Of a stretch of 24,000 nt of DNA, positions 6,086 through 14,428 are shown piece after piece. Position numbers and translations under genes: made by a program. Where the stretch lies: NCBI GenBank assembly GCA_009377605.1, contig WHTT01000020.1:3394-27393 (forward strand), read 5' to 3'. Position 1 is the first letter of the stretch; the number at the start of each line of letters is the position of its first letter. The DNA comes from Luteitalea sp. GTDB lineage: Bacteria; Acidobacteriota; Vicinamibacteria; Vicinamibacterales; Vicinamibacteraceae. The notes under the pieces are model-generated. The model did not search any database and was not told where the DNA came from. It was given only the letters and a program-made list of their open reading frames with translations.

Positions 6086-7762
6086 TCATTCGGTTCTGAG
6101 GAGCACGGCCGGATCGATGGCCCATGCACGTCGAACAGCGCCTGCGCTGGCGCCAGTCGTCGCAGCAAGGAGCAGCAGCGCCACGCCGGCGTAGCTGAAC
6201 GGATCACGAACCGCGATGCCGTAGACGAAGCTGGCGAGCGCTGTGCTCGCGACGGCCGCGACCGTCAGACCAACCGCCACACCGGCGACCGCAGGCACGA
6301 GGCCCTGGGCGAGAACGAGATTCGTCATGTCGCCTCGGCTCGCTCCCATCGCCATACGAATCCCCAGCTCTCGCTGCCGCTGGATCACGAAGTATGTCGT
6401 GAGGCCGTAGAGGCCCAGCATGGCAAGCAGCATGGCTACCAGTGCAGCACCGGCTGCTGCCACAGCCAAGAGCCGCTCTTGCGCCATGGATCCGGTGATC
6501 ATCTCGCTGAGGGTGGTCAGCTTGGGCGCCGGGAGGTGTGGGTCTACCGCGCGCAGCGCGTCGCGCAGGGCGCCTTCCACAGCGCCCGGCTGCATCGCAC
6601 TACGAAACAGCACGGTGGGCTGATTTCTGCGTACGTGTGTGTGAGGCACATAGAGATGCGGCGCTGGCGGCTCCCGCAGGAGCGTCGTTGTCGCGTTTTT
6701 GGCCACGCCAACAATCTGCGCATCCAGCAACGTCTCGCCCATGCGCAATACGAGCGGTTGCCCCAGCGGACGAGCGTCTCGTGCGAGCTGTTGGGCGAGT
6801 AGCTCGTTTACTACGACTGACACGGGCTCGCCAGCGTCGCTCTCTCGAAATCCCCGGCCAGCAATGAGCGGCAGCCCAATCGTTTGGAAGTAGTCCGAGC
6901 TGGCAACCGTGTACGCGACGGAACGTTCAGGCTGAGAGCCATTCGCTGCCAATGTGAGCGTCGACTTCACCATACTGAGCGGCGGACGGTCGGCAAGGCT
7001 CACGGTCTCCACGCCAGGGACGGCACGCAATTGCTCGAGCAAGCCACGGCGCAGCCGAAGCGCCAGGTGCTCGTCGACCGACACCCGATCTGAAAGGGAC
7101 AGATCAATCGACGTCATGGCGACCGGTGCGCTGGTGTCGAATCCTGCGTCCACGTCCTGCAGCTGGCGCACGCTCTGAATCAGTAGGGCGCTGACAACCA
7201 GCAACGTCGCTGCGCCGGCGACCTGTGCGAGGACGAGCAGGCGCCGAAGGGAGAAGGCACCTCGCTGGACGCCCGCGCCTTCGCCGCTGCGGTCGCCGAG
7301 CAACGCGGTCATTGGAGTAGACGCATCGCCGCGGCGCAAGGCGGAGAGGGCGCTGACTAACACCAGAAACAGCGCGCTGGCGACCGTGAGCGCGGCGACG
7401 ATGGTCAAGCTGCGCGCGTCGAGCCCCATATCGAGTCGAATGGGAATTCGAAACAGTGCTCGTCCTGCCTCGAGGGCCGAGGAGAGGAGCACCGTACAAC
7501 TGGTCCCCAGAAGCGCGCTGGGCAGGGCGAGCATCAGGGCCTCGAGCAGCAGTTGCTTCCCGAGACGGGCGCGAGAAGCACCCAGGGCCTGGCGGATGAG
7601 CAGCTCTCGGCGTCGCCCCAGCATTCTCGTCGTCAGCAGCGTCGCGGCATTTGCGCACGCCACGAGCCACACGAGGAGCACCAGCCCGCCGATGACCGCC
7701 AGCATCAGCTCCACGGATGACCGGTGTCCCACCCAGAAGCGTGTGTACTTGGCGGGCAGCAC
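6086..7762 (-). CDS. ADOP-type (MacB/FtsX-like duplicated) permease, C-terminal fragment of a frameshift-split gene
   Basis: 558-aa ORF holding the first FtsX module (ACANAATLL...RRRELLIRQALGASR), a second MacB-PCD-like periplasmic domain and a second FtsX module (QRQRELGIRMAMGASR). Family-like sequence in this frame extends upstream of the called start to ~7828 (SIGVTQQLARELPDTNKQWSATVLPAKY). Confidence 0.85.
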   Translation of the reverse strand: MLPAKYTRFWVGHRSSVELMLAVIGGLVLLVWLVACANAATLLTTRMLGRRRELLIRQALGASRARLGKQLLLEALMLALPSALLGTSCTVLLSSALEAGRALFRIPIRLDMGLDARSLTIVAALTVASALFLVLVSALSALRRGDASTPMTALLGDRSGEGAGVQRGAFSLRRLLVLAQVAGAATLLVVSALLIQSVRQLQDVDAGFDTSAPVAMTSIDLSLSDRVSVDEHLALRLRRGLLEQLRAVPGVETVSLADRPPLSMVKSTLTLAANGSQPERSVAYTVASSDYFQTIGLPLIAGRGFRESDAGEPVSVVVNELLAQQLARDARPLGQPLVLRMGETLLDAQIVGVAKNATTTLLREPPAPHLYVPHTHVRRNQPTVLFRSAMQPGAVEGALRDALRAVDPHLPAPKLTTLSEMITGSMAQERLLAVAAAGAALVAMLLAMLGLYGLTTYFVIQRQRELGIRMAMGASRGDMTNLVLAQGLVPAVAGVAVGLTVAAVASTALASFVYGIAVRDPFSYAGVALLLLAATTGASAGAVRRAWAIDPAVLLRTE

Positions 7763-7796
7763 GGTTGCAGACCACTGCTTGTTGGTGTCTGGTAGC

Positions 7797-8567
7797 TCAC
7801 GAGCGAGCTGTTGAGTGACACCGATCGAAGTCAGCTTGGGCGGACGAGGCCTCCACTCCTGGCCGAAGACGACCGACGAGGAGGAACGAGCGGGCTTCCC
7901 GCGCTTCGAGAAAAGGTCTGTTTGCGAAGATAGACACTGCCGACGGCAAATGGACGACCGGGACCCAGAGGTGAGGTGCCGGCCCCCAATCCTTCGTCAG
8001 ACCAGAAAAGCTTTCGGGCGCAACACCGGCAATCGCAAATGAAACGCCATTGATGCGTAGTGAACGGTCACCAAGCTCGAGGTCTTCGCCGAAATGCTCG
8101 CGCGCGAAGTCCGGGCTCACGACCGCCACGGGAGGCGCAGACACCACATCGTCTTTGGGCATGAGCAGCCGCCCTCGCGATGCTCGAAGACGAAGCAGCT
8201 CGAAGTAGTTCCCAGTGACGATTTCGGCCTGCACCTGTTCTCGCGTGCCGGTTGTGCTCTCCACATGCACGGCGACGCGGATGTACGCCGCGAGGCCCGT
8301 CAGCGACTGACTACGCTGCTGGAAGTCGCGAAAGTCCAGGAACGAAGTCCCTATATACGCATCGTCGGGCGTCCGCGAATAGATGCCGACGAGCTCGTGT
8401 GACTCGGGAACGTCAGGAAGCCTGAACAACAGGACATCGACCAGGTTGAGCACGGTCGCGGCCGTTCCGACGCCGAGAGCGAGTGAGACCGTCACGCCAA
8501 TCACCACGAGCGGGGTCTTGAGATAGCTCCGCACCGCGATCCGGACATCGGCCAGGAGAGTCTTCAT
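7797..8567 (-). CDS. ADOP-type permease, N-terminal fragment (TM1 plus MacB periplasmic core domain) of the same frameshift-split gene
   Basis: ATG 8567 (MKTLLADVRIAVRSYLKTP...) follows GAGGTGA; the track start is GTG 8576. It ends at TGA 7799-7797, in a different frame from the downstream fragment. Confidence 0.85.
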   Translation of the reverse strand: MKTLLADVRIAVRSYLKTPLVVIGVTVSLALGVGTAATVLNLVDVLLFRLPDVPESHELVGIYSRTPDDAYIGTSFLDFRDFQQRSQSLTGLAAYIRVAVHVESTTGTREQVQAEIVTGNYFELLRLRASRGRLLMPKDDVVSAPPVAVVSPDFAREHFGEDLELGDRSLRINGVSFAIAGVAPESFSGLTKDWGPAPHLWVPVVHLPSAVSIFANRPFLEAREARSFLLVGRLRPGVEASSAQADFDRCHSTARS

Positions 8568-8681
8568 GTGTCTCACCTCATGCGGATGAAATGGTGCCCG
8601 GCCTTGAGCCTCGATTGCCTACGACTCAACACGCTGATCTCGGTGCGTGAAAGACGCTGGCGCAGCAGATGTAGGAGCTCC

Positions 8682-8703
8682 GGCGGCGGCGAAAGCCGCA
8701 GCC
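8682..8703 (-). terminator. GC-rich hairpin with a GAAA/TTTC tetraloop abutting the M61 peptidase stop codon
   Basis: GGCGGCGGC-GAAA-GCCGCAGCC gives 8 bp with one mismatch. There is no clear U-tract. Confidence 0.4.
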
Positions 8704-10592
8704 TATCGATCGGTTGCCTTACTTGCCAACCAGGACTCCCGAAATGCTCGTTGCGCTTCGGTGAGGGTCCCCGCCTCTCGCTCGATCGGCACGATTGTTA
8801 GCCAAGGGTCCTCGGCCAGCTTCACCGACCGCTCGACTCGACCGGCACGGCTCTCGTACACGACGCGTACCAGGTCACCCGGCTTGCGCGCCGTCAGGAT
8901 ATTCGTCATCTGATCCGCAGCCGTGACCTCCTGGCCGTCAATCGAGAGAAGCACATCGTCGCGACCGATCCCCGCTTGATAGGCCGGCGAGCCCGCGCGT
9001 GGTGTTGCGCTCACGAAGACCTTGCCCTCTCGGAGCTCGACCTCCGGAAGGCCGAGAGTCGCATGGCCCGGATCCGCCTTCTGCAGGAGGAATCCGGCGC
9101 GCTCGAGAAGGGAAGCGTAGTCGATCTTCTCGGTGCCCTCGATGTAGCGATCGAAGAAGTCCGCCGCGAACTGTGCGTCCCCGCTGACTTCAGCCAATCG
9201 ATCTCGAGCGTCCGACAGCGTATACGGCTTGGCGACCAGTCCGGGCTCGGGACCGCCGGGCTTGCCGTGGGTGACCCACATCGCGCGCATGAAGTCGTCG
9301 AGGGTCACGCGTGAGTCCGTCCGGCTGCGAAGCGTGAGATCGAGGCCGAGGCCGAGCGCCTCGCCGAACGTGTAGTACGAATAGAACGTATTCTCCCAAT
9401 TCGTGCGGTCGGTCGCGACGGCACGATCGACGAGCGGCGCCAGGCGGCTCATGTCGACCGCCGACCGAAAGGCCGTTCCAGGACTGTGAAGAGCGCCGTT
9501 GATTACACTCTCCCACTGCGATACGCCTTCGACTTGCTCGACGATACCGGTGCGTATCAGGGCGAGCTTGCCGTAGTAGTTCGTGAATCCCTCGGCCAGC
9601 CACAGCTCGTCCGAGATGTTGACATCTTCGAAATCGAACGGCTCGAGCAACGCCGGCCTCACCCGCTCGACGTTCCAGGCATGGAAGAGCTCGTGCGAGG
9701 CGGTGCCAATCAACCCGGCGTACGCCTGGGCCAGGCCGCGAGACGAGGTGAGGATGGTGCTGTTTCGGTGCTCCATCCCGTCACCGCTTGCGTACGGTAG
9801 GTAGTCGGCGATGAATGTGTAGGTACCCGGCTCGAGCTCGGGCAGCTCACCAAAGATCGCACGCTGTTCGCGCACGATCTTCTGGACGTCGCTCACGAAC
9901 CGACCGAGCTCCTCGTCTGTCCCCGCATGGTGCATGGCCACCCGAATCGTCACTTCAGGACCGCCAGGCCGCGCGGAGACGTCGAACTCGCGGAGGGTAA
10001 AGGCGCTCAGCTCGGTGGGTGAGTCCATGAAGTACTGGAGGTTGGGTGCCGTGAACGTGAGCGCTTCGTCTGCGGGCAAGAGCTGCGTGGCGGCGCGCCA
10101 GTTCTTCCCGGTAGGTGGCACGAACGTGATGCGGACCGGCCGGCCTTCCAGACCACGCCCCCACATGAACGCCGCTGGCATGTTGATATGTGCATGTGTC
10201 TCGTCAATGGCCAGGTACGTGCCGTCGACACGGTCGCCAAAGATCCGATAGCTCACCTTCACCGTGCCGTCGTGCTTCGTGACGTGCCATTGATGCGGGC
10301 TCGGTCGTGTAACCGCCACCGACTCATCTCTCCCATCGGTGAAACGTTCCATGAATACGTTCTTCGCGAAGTCGTGTGCCGCGTAGCGTCCGGGCGACGC
10401 GCGGCTCATGCGCACCTCGAAGGATCCCGCAGGCACGTCGGGAAAGATCACGTCCACCTGCATCCAACGGTGCTCCGGCTCGGGAAAGGAAACCTGGTAC
10501 TGAATCGGCGCTTGCGAGCTCTGCGCCAAGCTCATCGAGCCGGCGACCAGTACGACAAGGGCGAGGAAAGAGAGCCGAAGACGGATACTCAT
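8703..10592 (-). CDS. M61 glycyl-aminopeptidase-family metallopeptidase with a C-terminal PDZ domain, secreted
   Basis: 629 aa. The signal peptide is MSIRLRLSFLALVVLVAGSMSLAQS. The zinc motif is HELFHAWN. The C-terminal PDZ-like segment is GSPAYQAGIGRDDVLLSIDGQEV. Confidence 0.9.
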   Translation of the reverse strand: MSIRLRLSFLALVVLVAGSMSLAQSSQAPIQYQVSFPEPEHRWMQVDVIFPDVPAGSFEVRMSRASPGRYAAHDFAKNVFMERFTDGRDESVAVTRPSPHQWHVTKHDGTVKVSYRIFGDRVDGTYLAIDETHAHINMPAAFMWGRGLEGRPVRITFVPPTGKNWRAATQLLPADEALTFTAPNLQYFMDSPTELSAFTLREFDVSARPGGPEVTIRVAMHHAGTDEELGRFVSDVQKIVREQRAIFGELPELEPGTYTFIADYLPYASGDGMEHRNSTILTSSRGLAQAYAGLIGTASHELFHAWNVERVRPALLEPFDFEDVNISDELWLAEGFTNYYGKLALIRTGIVEQVEGVSQWESVINGALHSPGTAFRSAVDMSRLAPLVDRAVATDRTNWENTFYSYYTFGEALGLGLDLTLRSRTDSRVTLDDFMRAMWVTHGKPGGPEPGLVAKPYTLSDARDRLAEVSGDAQFAADFFDRYIEGTEKIDYASLLERAGFLLQKADPGHATLGLPEVELREGKVFVSATPRAGSPAYQAGIGRDDVLLSIDGQEVTAADQMTNILTARKPGDLVRVVYESRAGRVERSVKLAEDPWLTIVPIEREAGTLTEAQRAFRESWLASKATDR

Positions 10593-10620
10593 AACTCAGA
10601 ACTCAGAACTCGGAACTCAA
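10593..10620. repeat. Four heptamer repeats AACTCAG AACTCAG AACTCGG AACTCAA filling the 24-nt intergenic gap
   Basis: Read directly. On the minus strand the units read (C/T)TGAGTT or CCGAGTT. The outermost unit supplies the ABC-chimera stop TGA (10619-10617). The array ends at the M61 ATG (10592). Confidence 0.8.
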
Positions 10621-11876
10621 GCAGCCCGAACCCAGTGCAGCATCTCGCGAAACGTCGCAGACTTACCCTGTACGAGCAGGCCAACACGAAAGATCCGGCC
10701 CGCCGCCCAGACGACGCCAGCCGCCGTGGCCACCGTGAGCACCACGGAGAGCAGCAGCTGCCAGAGCGGAGGTCCGGGCTCGAGCGCGAGCCGCACGAGC
10801 ATGAGAAAGGGCGTGAAGAACGGGATCAACGAAAGGCCCGCGGAGAGGGTGGTGTCAGGCGATTGCACCACCGAGAACACGAGCACATACGGGATGACGG
10901 CAATCATCATGGCCGGTGTCATCATCGTCTGAGCGTCGCGCAGATCCGTGCAGGCTGCGCCAATGGCCAGGAAAAGCGCTCCGAAGATGAGCAGTGTGAG
11001 CAAGAGGAAGACGGCGAACCAGCCCACGATTCGTGGCGCGAGCATGTCCCCGTATCCCAGGTAGCCGAGCGCCACTGCGGCGCCACCGAGATACACGACG
11101 GCGAGCACGATTGCCGCCCCCGCAGTGGCAAGCAGCTTCCCCCACATCAGCTCACTGGGCGTGACGGATCCGAGCATGACCTCCGCAATCCGGCTCATTG
11201 TTTCCTCGATCACCGCGTTGAGCAACTGAGGCGCCGTGGTCATCACGAACATGAAGAGCAGGATCGGCAGTCCAATTGCCGCACCGAAGCTCCGAAATCG
11301 GTCGACTTCAGTCGCCGGCCTGATACGACCCTGGGCATCGCGCTCGAGCAAGCCAAGCTGACGAAATGGGACCTCACGCAGCGCGGCGTCCATTCCCGCT
11401 TGGTCCACTTTCAACGCCTTGAACCGCTGGGCGCGTACCGCGCCATTGATTGTCGTCTCGAGCCACAACGGGAGTGGTTGATATGTGGGCTGGCTCGAGT
11501 AGTAGCCAACGGCTGCGGTGCTGCCGGCCGTCAGTGTGTCCGGCGGTATCTCGACGAAGGCAAAGAGATCGTCGCGACGGACCCGGTCCGAGAGCCGGCG
11601 CACCGTCATTTTCTTGTAGAGCCCGCGCTCTTCGGGTAGGTAGCCGACCTGATCGCGTGCCGCGCGCGCGTCGGATAGGCCGAGCACCTCGATGGCGCCG
11701 CGGTCCGGCAGCAGGATGTGCATGATCATCCTGAGCGTCGTGGTCTTGCCGGAACCGTTCGGGCCAATAAAGCCGTAGATCGAGCCCTTCGGCACCTCGA
11801 GCGACACATCGTCTACGGCCACGGTGTTACCGAAGCCCTTCGTGACGTTGCGGAGCACTATTGCTGGCGCGCTCAC
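10617..11876 (-). CDS. Chimeric ORF: the first ~93 aa of an ABC ATPase fused in frame to an N-terminally truncated ABC-2 (NatB-like) permease; probable deletion remnant
   Basis: The N-terminus VLRNVTKGFG...GFIGPNGSGKTTTLRMI...VGYLPEERGLYKKMTV carries Walker A and the Q-loop region. It then switches at ~aa 93-100 to permease sequence DDLFAFVEIPPD...IEETMSRIAEVMLGSVTPSELMWGKLLA plus about five TM helices. No ABC signature (LSGGQ) or Walker B is present anywhere in the ORF. Confidence 0.8.
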   Translation of the reverse strand: MSAPAIVLRNVTKGFGNTVAVDDVSLEVPKGSIYGFIGPNGSGKTTTLRMIMHILLPDRGAIEVLGLSDARAARDQVGYLPEERGLYKKMTVRRLSDRVRRDDLFAFVEIPPDTLTAGSTAAVGYYSSQPTYQPLPLWLETTINGAVRAQRFKALKVDQAGMDAALREVPFRQLGLLERDAQGRIRPATEVDRFRSFGAAIGLPILLFMFVMTTAPQLLNAVIEETMSRIAEVMLGSVTPSELMWGKLLATAGAAIVLAVVYLGGAAVALGYLGYGDMLAPRIVGWFAVFLLLTLLIFGALFLAIGAACTDLRDAQTMMTPAMMIAVIPYVLVFSVVQSPDTTLSAGLSLIPFFTPFLMLVRLALEPGPPLWQLLLSVVLTVATAAGVVWAAGRIFRVGLLVQGKSATFREMLHWVRAA

Positions 11877-11899
11877 GGCTCAGGATTCCACCGACAGGA

Positions 11900-11956
11900 G
11901 AAAACGGGGACAGCCCTCGTTTTCCGATATACGAAAAACGGGGGCTGTCCCCGTTT
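11900..11956 (-). terminator. Two tandem hairpins (GGGGACAGCCCC family with A/T-tract flanks) after the Gfo/Idh/MocA operon
   Basis: Hairpin 11900-11924 is GAAAACGGGG-ACAGC-CCTCGTTTTC. Hairpin 11936-11956 is AAACGGGG-GCTGT-CCCCGTTT. On the minus strand each stem is followed by a T-run. The outer one starts 2 nt after stop 11960-11958. Confidence 0.65.
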
Positions 11957-11957
11957 C

Positions 11958-13058
11958 TCACGGCTCGGGGGTCCACCACAGGTCGATGGGCCGCTCAGCG
12001 CGAGAGGCAAAGGGCAACGAGACCTTCCGGCCGGAGCCAGCGGACTGATAGGCGGCGAAGATGGCCTCGAGGACCGCACGCCCATCCTCGCCGGTGACGA
12101 GCGGTGGCCGGTCGTGCAACACGCAATCGACGAAATGCGCCATTTCCTGCGGAAAGCCATAATTCCAGGCCTCCTCGTAGACGGTGAACGACCAGCCCAC
12201 CGTCTCGCCGCCTTTCTCGACGGCGTAGTCGTAGCCAACCTCACTGTACGTCTCGATCGCGTTGCCGTGAAGTAAGTCGGCATACGCCACACCCTGCGAG
12301 CCGTGCACTTCGGCTCGGTCATCCATGCCGCCAAGCTTCGTCCAGCTCTCCTCAGCGAGGCCAGTCACGCCATCTTCGAGCTCGACCAGCAGGATCGCGT
12401 TGTCATCACCGCGTGTCTTTTCGTCGTGCACGCGCGTGTCCATGTGCGCGTATACCGAGGCAATCTTCGGCCGGCCCAGCATCCAGCGGAAGAACGCAAT
12501 CGCGTGGCATCCCATGTCCATCGTGACGCCACCGCCGGAGCGCGACACATCCCAGAAGTGCGAAGCATGCGGACCGTCGTGCTTTTCGGACTGTTTGATG
12601 AGTGTCGGTCGGCCCAGCGCGCCGGAATCGAGCAACTGTTTCAGGCGGACGTACTTCGGAGCGAAGCAGAGCTCCTCCGCGTACATGAGCTTGACGTTCG
12701 CTCGCCGGCAGGCGTCGATCATGCGGTCCGCTTCCTCCAGGTTCAGGCACAGCGGCTTTTCACACACGACGTGCTTGCCGGCGGCGGCAGCGTCACGTGT
12801 GATCGCGCAGTGGAGGTCGTTCGGTACGCCAATGACGACCATGTCGACCTCGTCCATGGCGAGAAGCGCCCGATAGTCGGTGACGTAGTGTGGGATCGCG
12901 TAACGTTCGCTGAACGCCTGGGCGTGGCCGGGGGTGGGGGAGGCGACCCCGAACAGCTCAGCATGCTTGCACCGCTGCAAGGCGTCCGCGTGGATGCTGG
13001 AGATGAATTGCGACCCGATCAGTCCGACCCTGACGCCCGTCTCGCGCCGATCCGTCAC
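11958..13058 (-). CDS. Gfo/Idh/MocA family NAD(P)-dependent oxidoreductase (cytoplasmic type)
   Basis: VRVGLIGSQFIS is the Rossmann N-terminus, and EKPL is a family motif (VVCEKPLCLN). The start is either GTG 13058, in a GTGA overlap with the upstream stop and with GGGAG 9 nt upstream, or GTG 13073 (track). Confidence 0.9.
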   Translation of the reverse strand: MTDRRETGVRVGLIGSQFISSIHADALQRCKHAELFGVASPTPGHAQAFSERYAIPHYVTDYRALLAMDEVDMVVIGVPNDLHCAITRDAAAAGKHVVCEKPLCLNLEEADRMIDACRRANVKLMYAEELCFAPKYVRLKQLLDSGALGRPTLIKQSEKHDGPHASHFWDVSRSGGGVTMDMGCHAIAFFRWMLGRPKIASVYAHMDTRVHDEKTRGDDNAILLVELEDGVTGLAEESWTKLGGMDDRAEVHGSQGVAYADLLHGNAIETYSEVGYDYAVEKGGETVGWSFTVYEEAWNYGFPQEMAHFVDCVLHDRPPLVTGEDGRAVLEAIFAAYQSAGSGRKVSLPFASRAERPIDLWWTPEP

Positions 13059-14413
13059 GGCGAGATCTCCCACCCTCGTCGGAAGTCTGGCTTGATGAGC
13101 GGGTCCGCCTCTGGGACGCCCTTCGCGCGCATGTTCTCGGCGTCCCAGTCGATCGTGCGGCCGGTCCGGACGGCCAGGAGACCGACCAGCAGCGCTTCCG
13201 TCAGCGTCGACGCGTACGCGAAATCCGCGAGCGCCCGGCCTTCACCCTTGCACGCGCGAATCCACTCCTGATGATGCCCTGTCTCGCCTCGAACCGGCGG
13301 ACGCGGGAGCGTGGATGGGATCGGTGCAGCGTCCACGAACTTCTTCCGCGGCAGCAACAGGAACATGTCCTCGTCTGTCTGCCCGCCATGCCACGTTCGT
13401 GTGAACAGCGTCCCCGTGGTGCCAATGACCAGCGAGCCGTTTGTCGGTATCGGCTCACCGTCGAAGAGATCTCGCGGGGGCTGTTGCTTGCTGGAGTAGA
13501 ACGTCACGGCAACCGAGGGGCGACGACCGCGCGCTGGGAAGGTGAGCTCGACGATCTCCCATTCGGGCGGCCCCTCCGCCGTGCGGCGCGACGAGTCCTT
13601 CAGCCGCGCCGAGACCGGCACGCCCAGCTCGAGGGCCCAGAAGGCGGGGTCGAGGTTGTGCACGCCCATATCGCCCATTGCGCCGGTGCCGAAGTCGTAC
13701 CATCCTCGCCACACGAAGGGCACATATGCGGGATGGTAGGGGCGCGACGCCGCCGGTCCAAGCCACAGGTCCCAATCGAGCGCTTTCGGCACCGGCGGCC
13801 TGTCTTGGGGGCGCTCCACGCCTTGTGGCCACCACTCGGCCGGGCGATCGGTCCACACGTGAATCTCGGTCACCTCTCCAATGACCCCCGCTCGAATGGT
13901 CTCGACGGCGCGCCGCGAGCCCTCGAGCGCATGCCCCTGCGTTCCCATCTGCGTCACGACACCCGCCTCGCGCGCGACGTTTCTCATCATGCGAGCTTCC
14001 CAGATCGTGCGCGTCAGCGGCTTCTCGCAGTACACGTGCAGTCCCCGGCGCATGGCGGCAATCGATGCGGCCGCGTGGACGTGATCCGGCGTGCTCACCA
14101 CGACCGCGTCGAGCGCCTTTTCCGTATCGAGCATGCGGCGGAAGTCGCGGTAGCGGCGGACCTGCGGGTAGCGGGCAAACGTCTTGGCCGCCTGTCTCTC
14201 GTCGACATCGCACAACGCGACGATTTGCTCGCTGCTCACGCCGGCAAGATTATCCGCGCCCCGGCCGCCAGCACCGATGATGCCGATCGCGAGCTGGTCG
14301 CTCGGTGCCACGCGGCGACGGCCAGGTTGGGCTAGGGGACGGCCCGCAACAGAAACGCTCGCCGCGGCAAGCGCCGCGCCGCGCAACAACTCTCGCCGCG
14401 TGAGATCAGCCAT
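13055..14413 (-). CDS. Gfo/Idh/MocA family oxidoreductase with a Tat signal peptide (periplasmic type)
   Basis: MADLTRRELLRGAALAAASVSVAG is the Tat motif. It is followed by IGIIGAGGRG and YCEKPL. ATG 14413 has AGGTG 5 nt upstream; the track start is GTG 14416. The gene lies 15 nt downstream of the selenoprotein-candidate stop. Confidence 0.9.
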   Translation of the reverse strand: MADLTRRELLRGAALAAASVSVAGRPLAQPGRRRVAPSDQLAIGIIGAGGRGADNLAGVSSEQIVALCDVDERQAAKTFARYPQVRRYRDFRRMLDTEKALDAVVVSTPDHVHAAASIAAMRRGLHVYCEKPLTRTIWEARMMRNVAREAGVVTQMGTQGHALEGSRRAVETIRAGVIGEVTEIHVWTDRPAEWWPQGVERPQDRPPVPKALDWDLWLGPAASRPYHPAYVPFVWRGWYDFGTGAMGDMGVHNLDPAFWALELGVPVSARLKDSSRRTAEGPPEWEIVELTFPARGRRPSVAVTFYSSKQQPPRDLFDGEPIPTNGSLVIGTTGTLFTRTWHGGQTDEDMFLLLPRKKFVDAAPIPSTLPRPPVRGETGHHQEWIRACKGEGRALADFAYASTLTEALLVGLLAVRTGRTIDWDAENMRAKGVPEADPLIKPDFRRGWEISP

Positions 14414-14428
14414 CACTGCACCTGAGCG

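Noticed and set aside
7820-7835. Programmed ribosomal frameshift in the ADOP permease
   Set aside because: There is no X XXY YYZ slippery heptamer and no obvious downstream stimulatory structure at the frame-switch point. An indel or sequencing error is more parsimonious.
10188-11639. 483-aa plus-strand ORF antisense to the M61 and ABC genes
   Set aside because: It is a His/Arg/Glu-rich low-complexity translation opposite well-supported genes, so I treat it as a GC-driven artefact.
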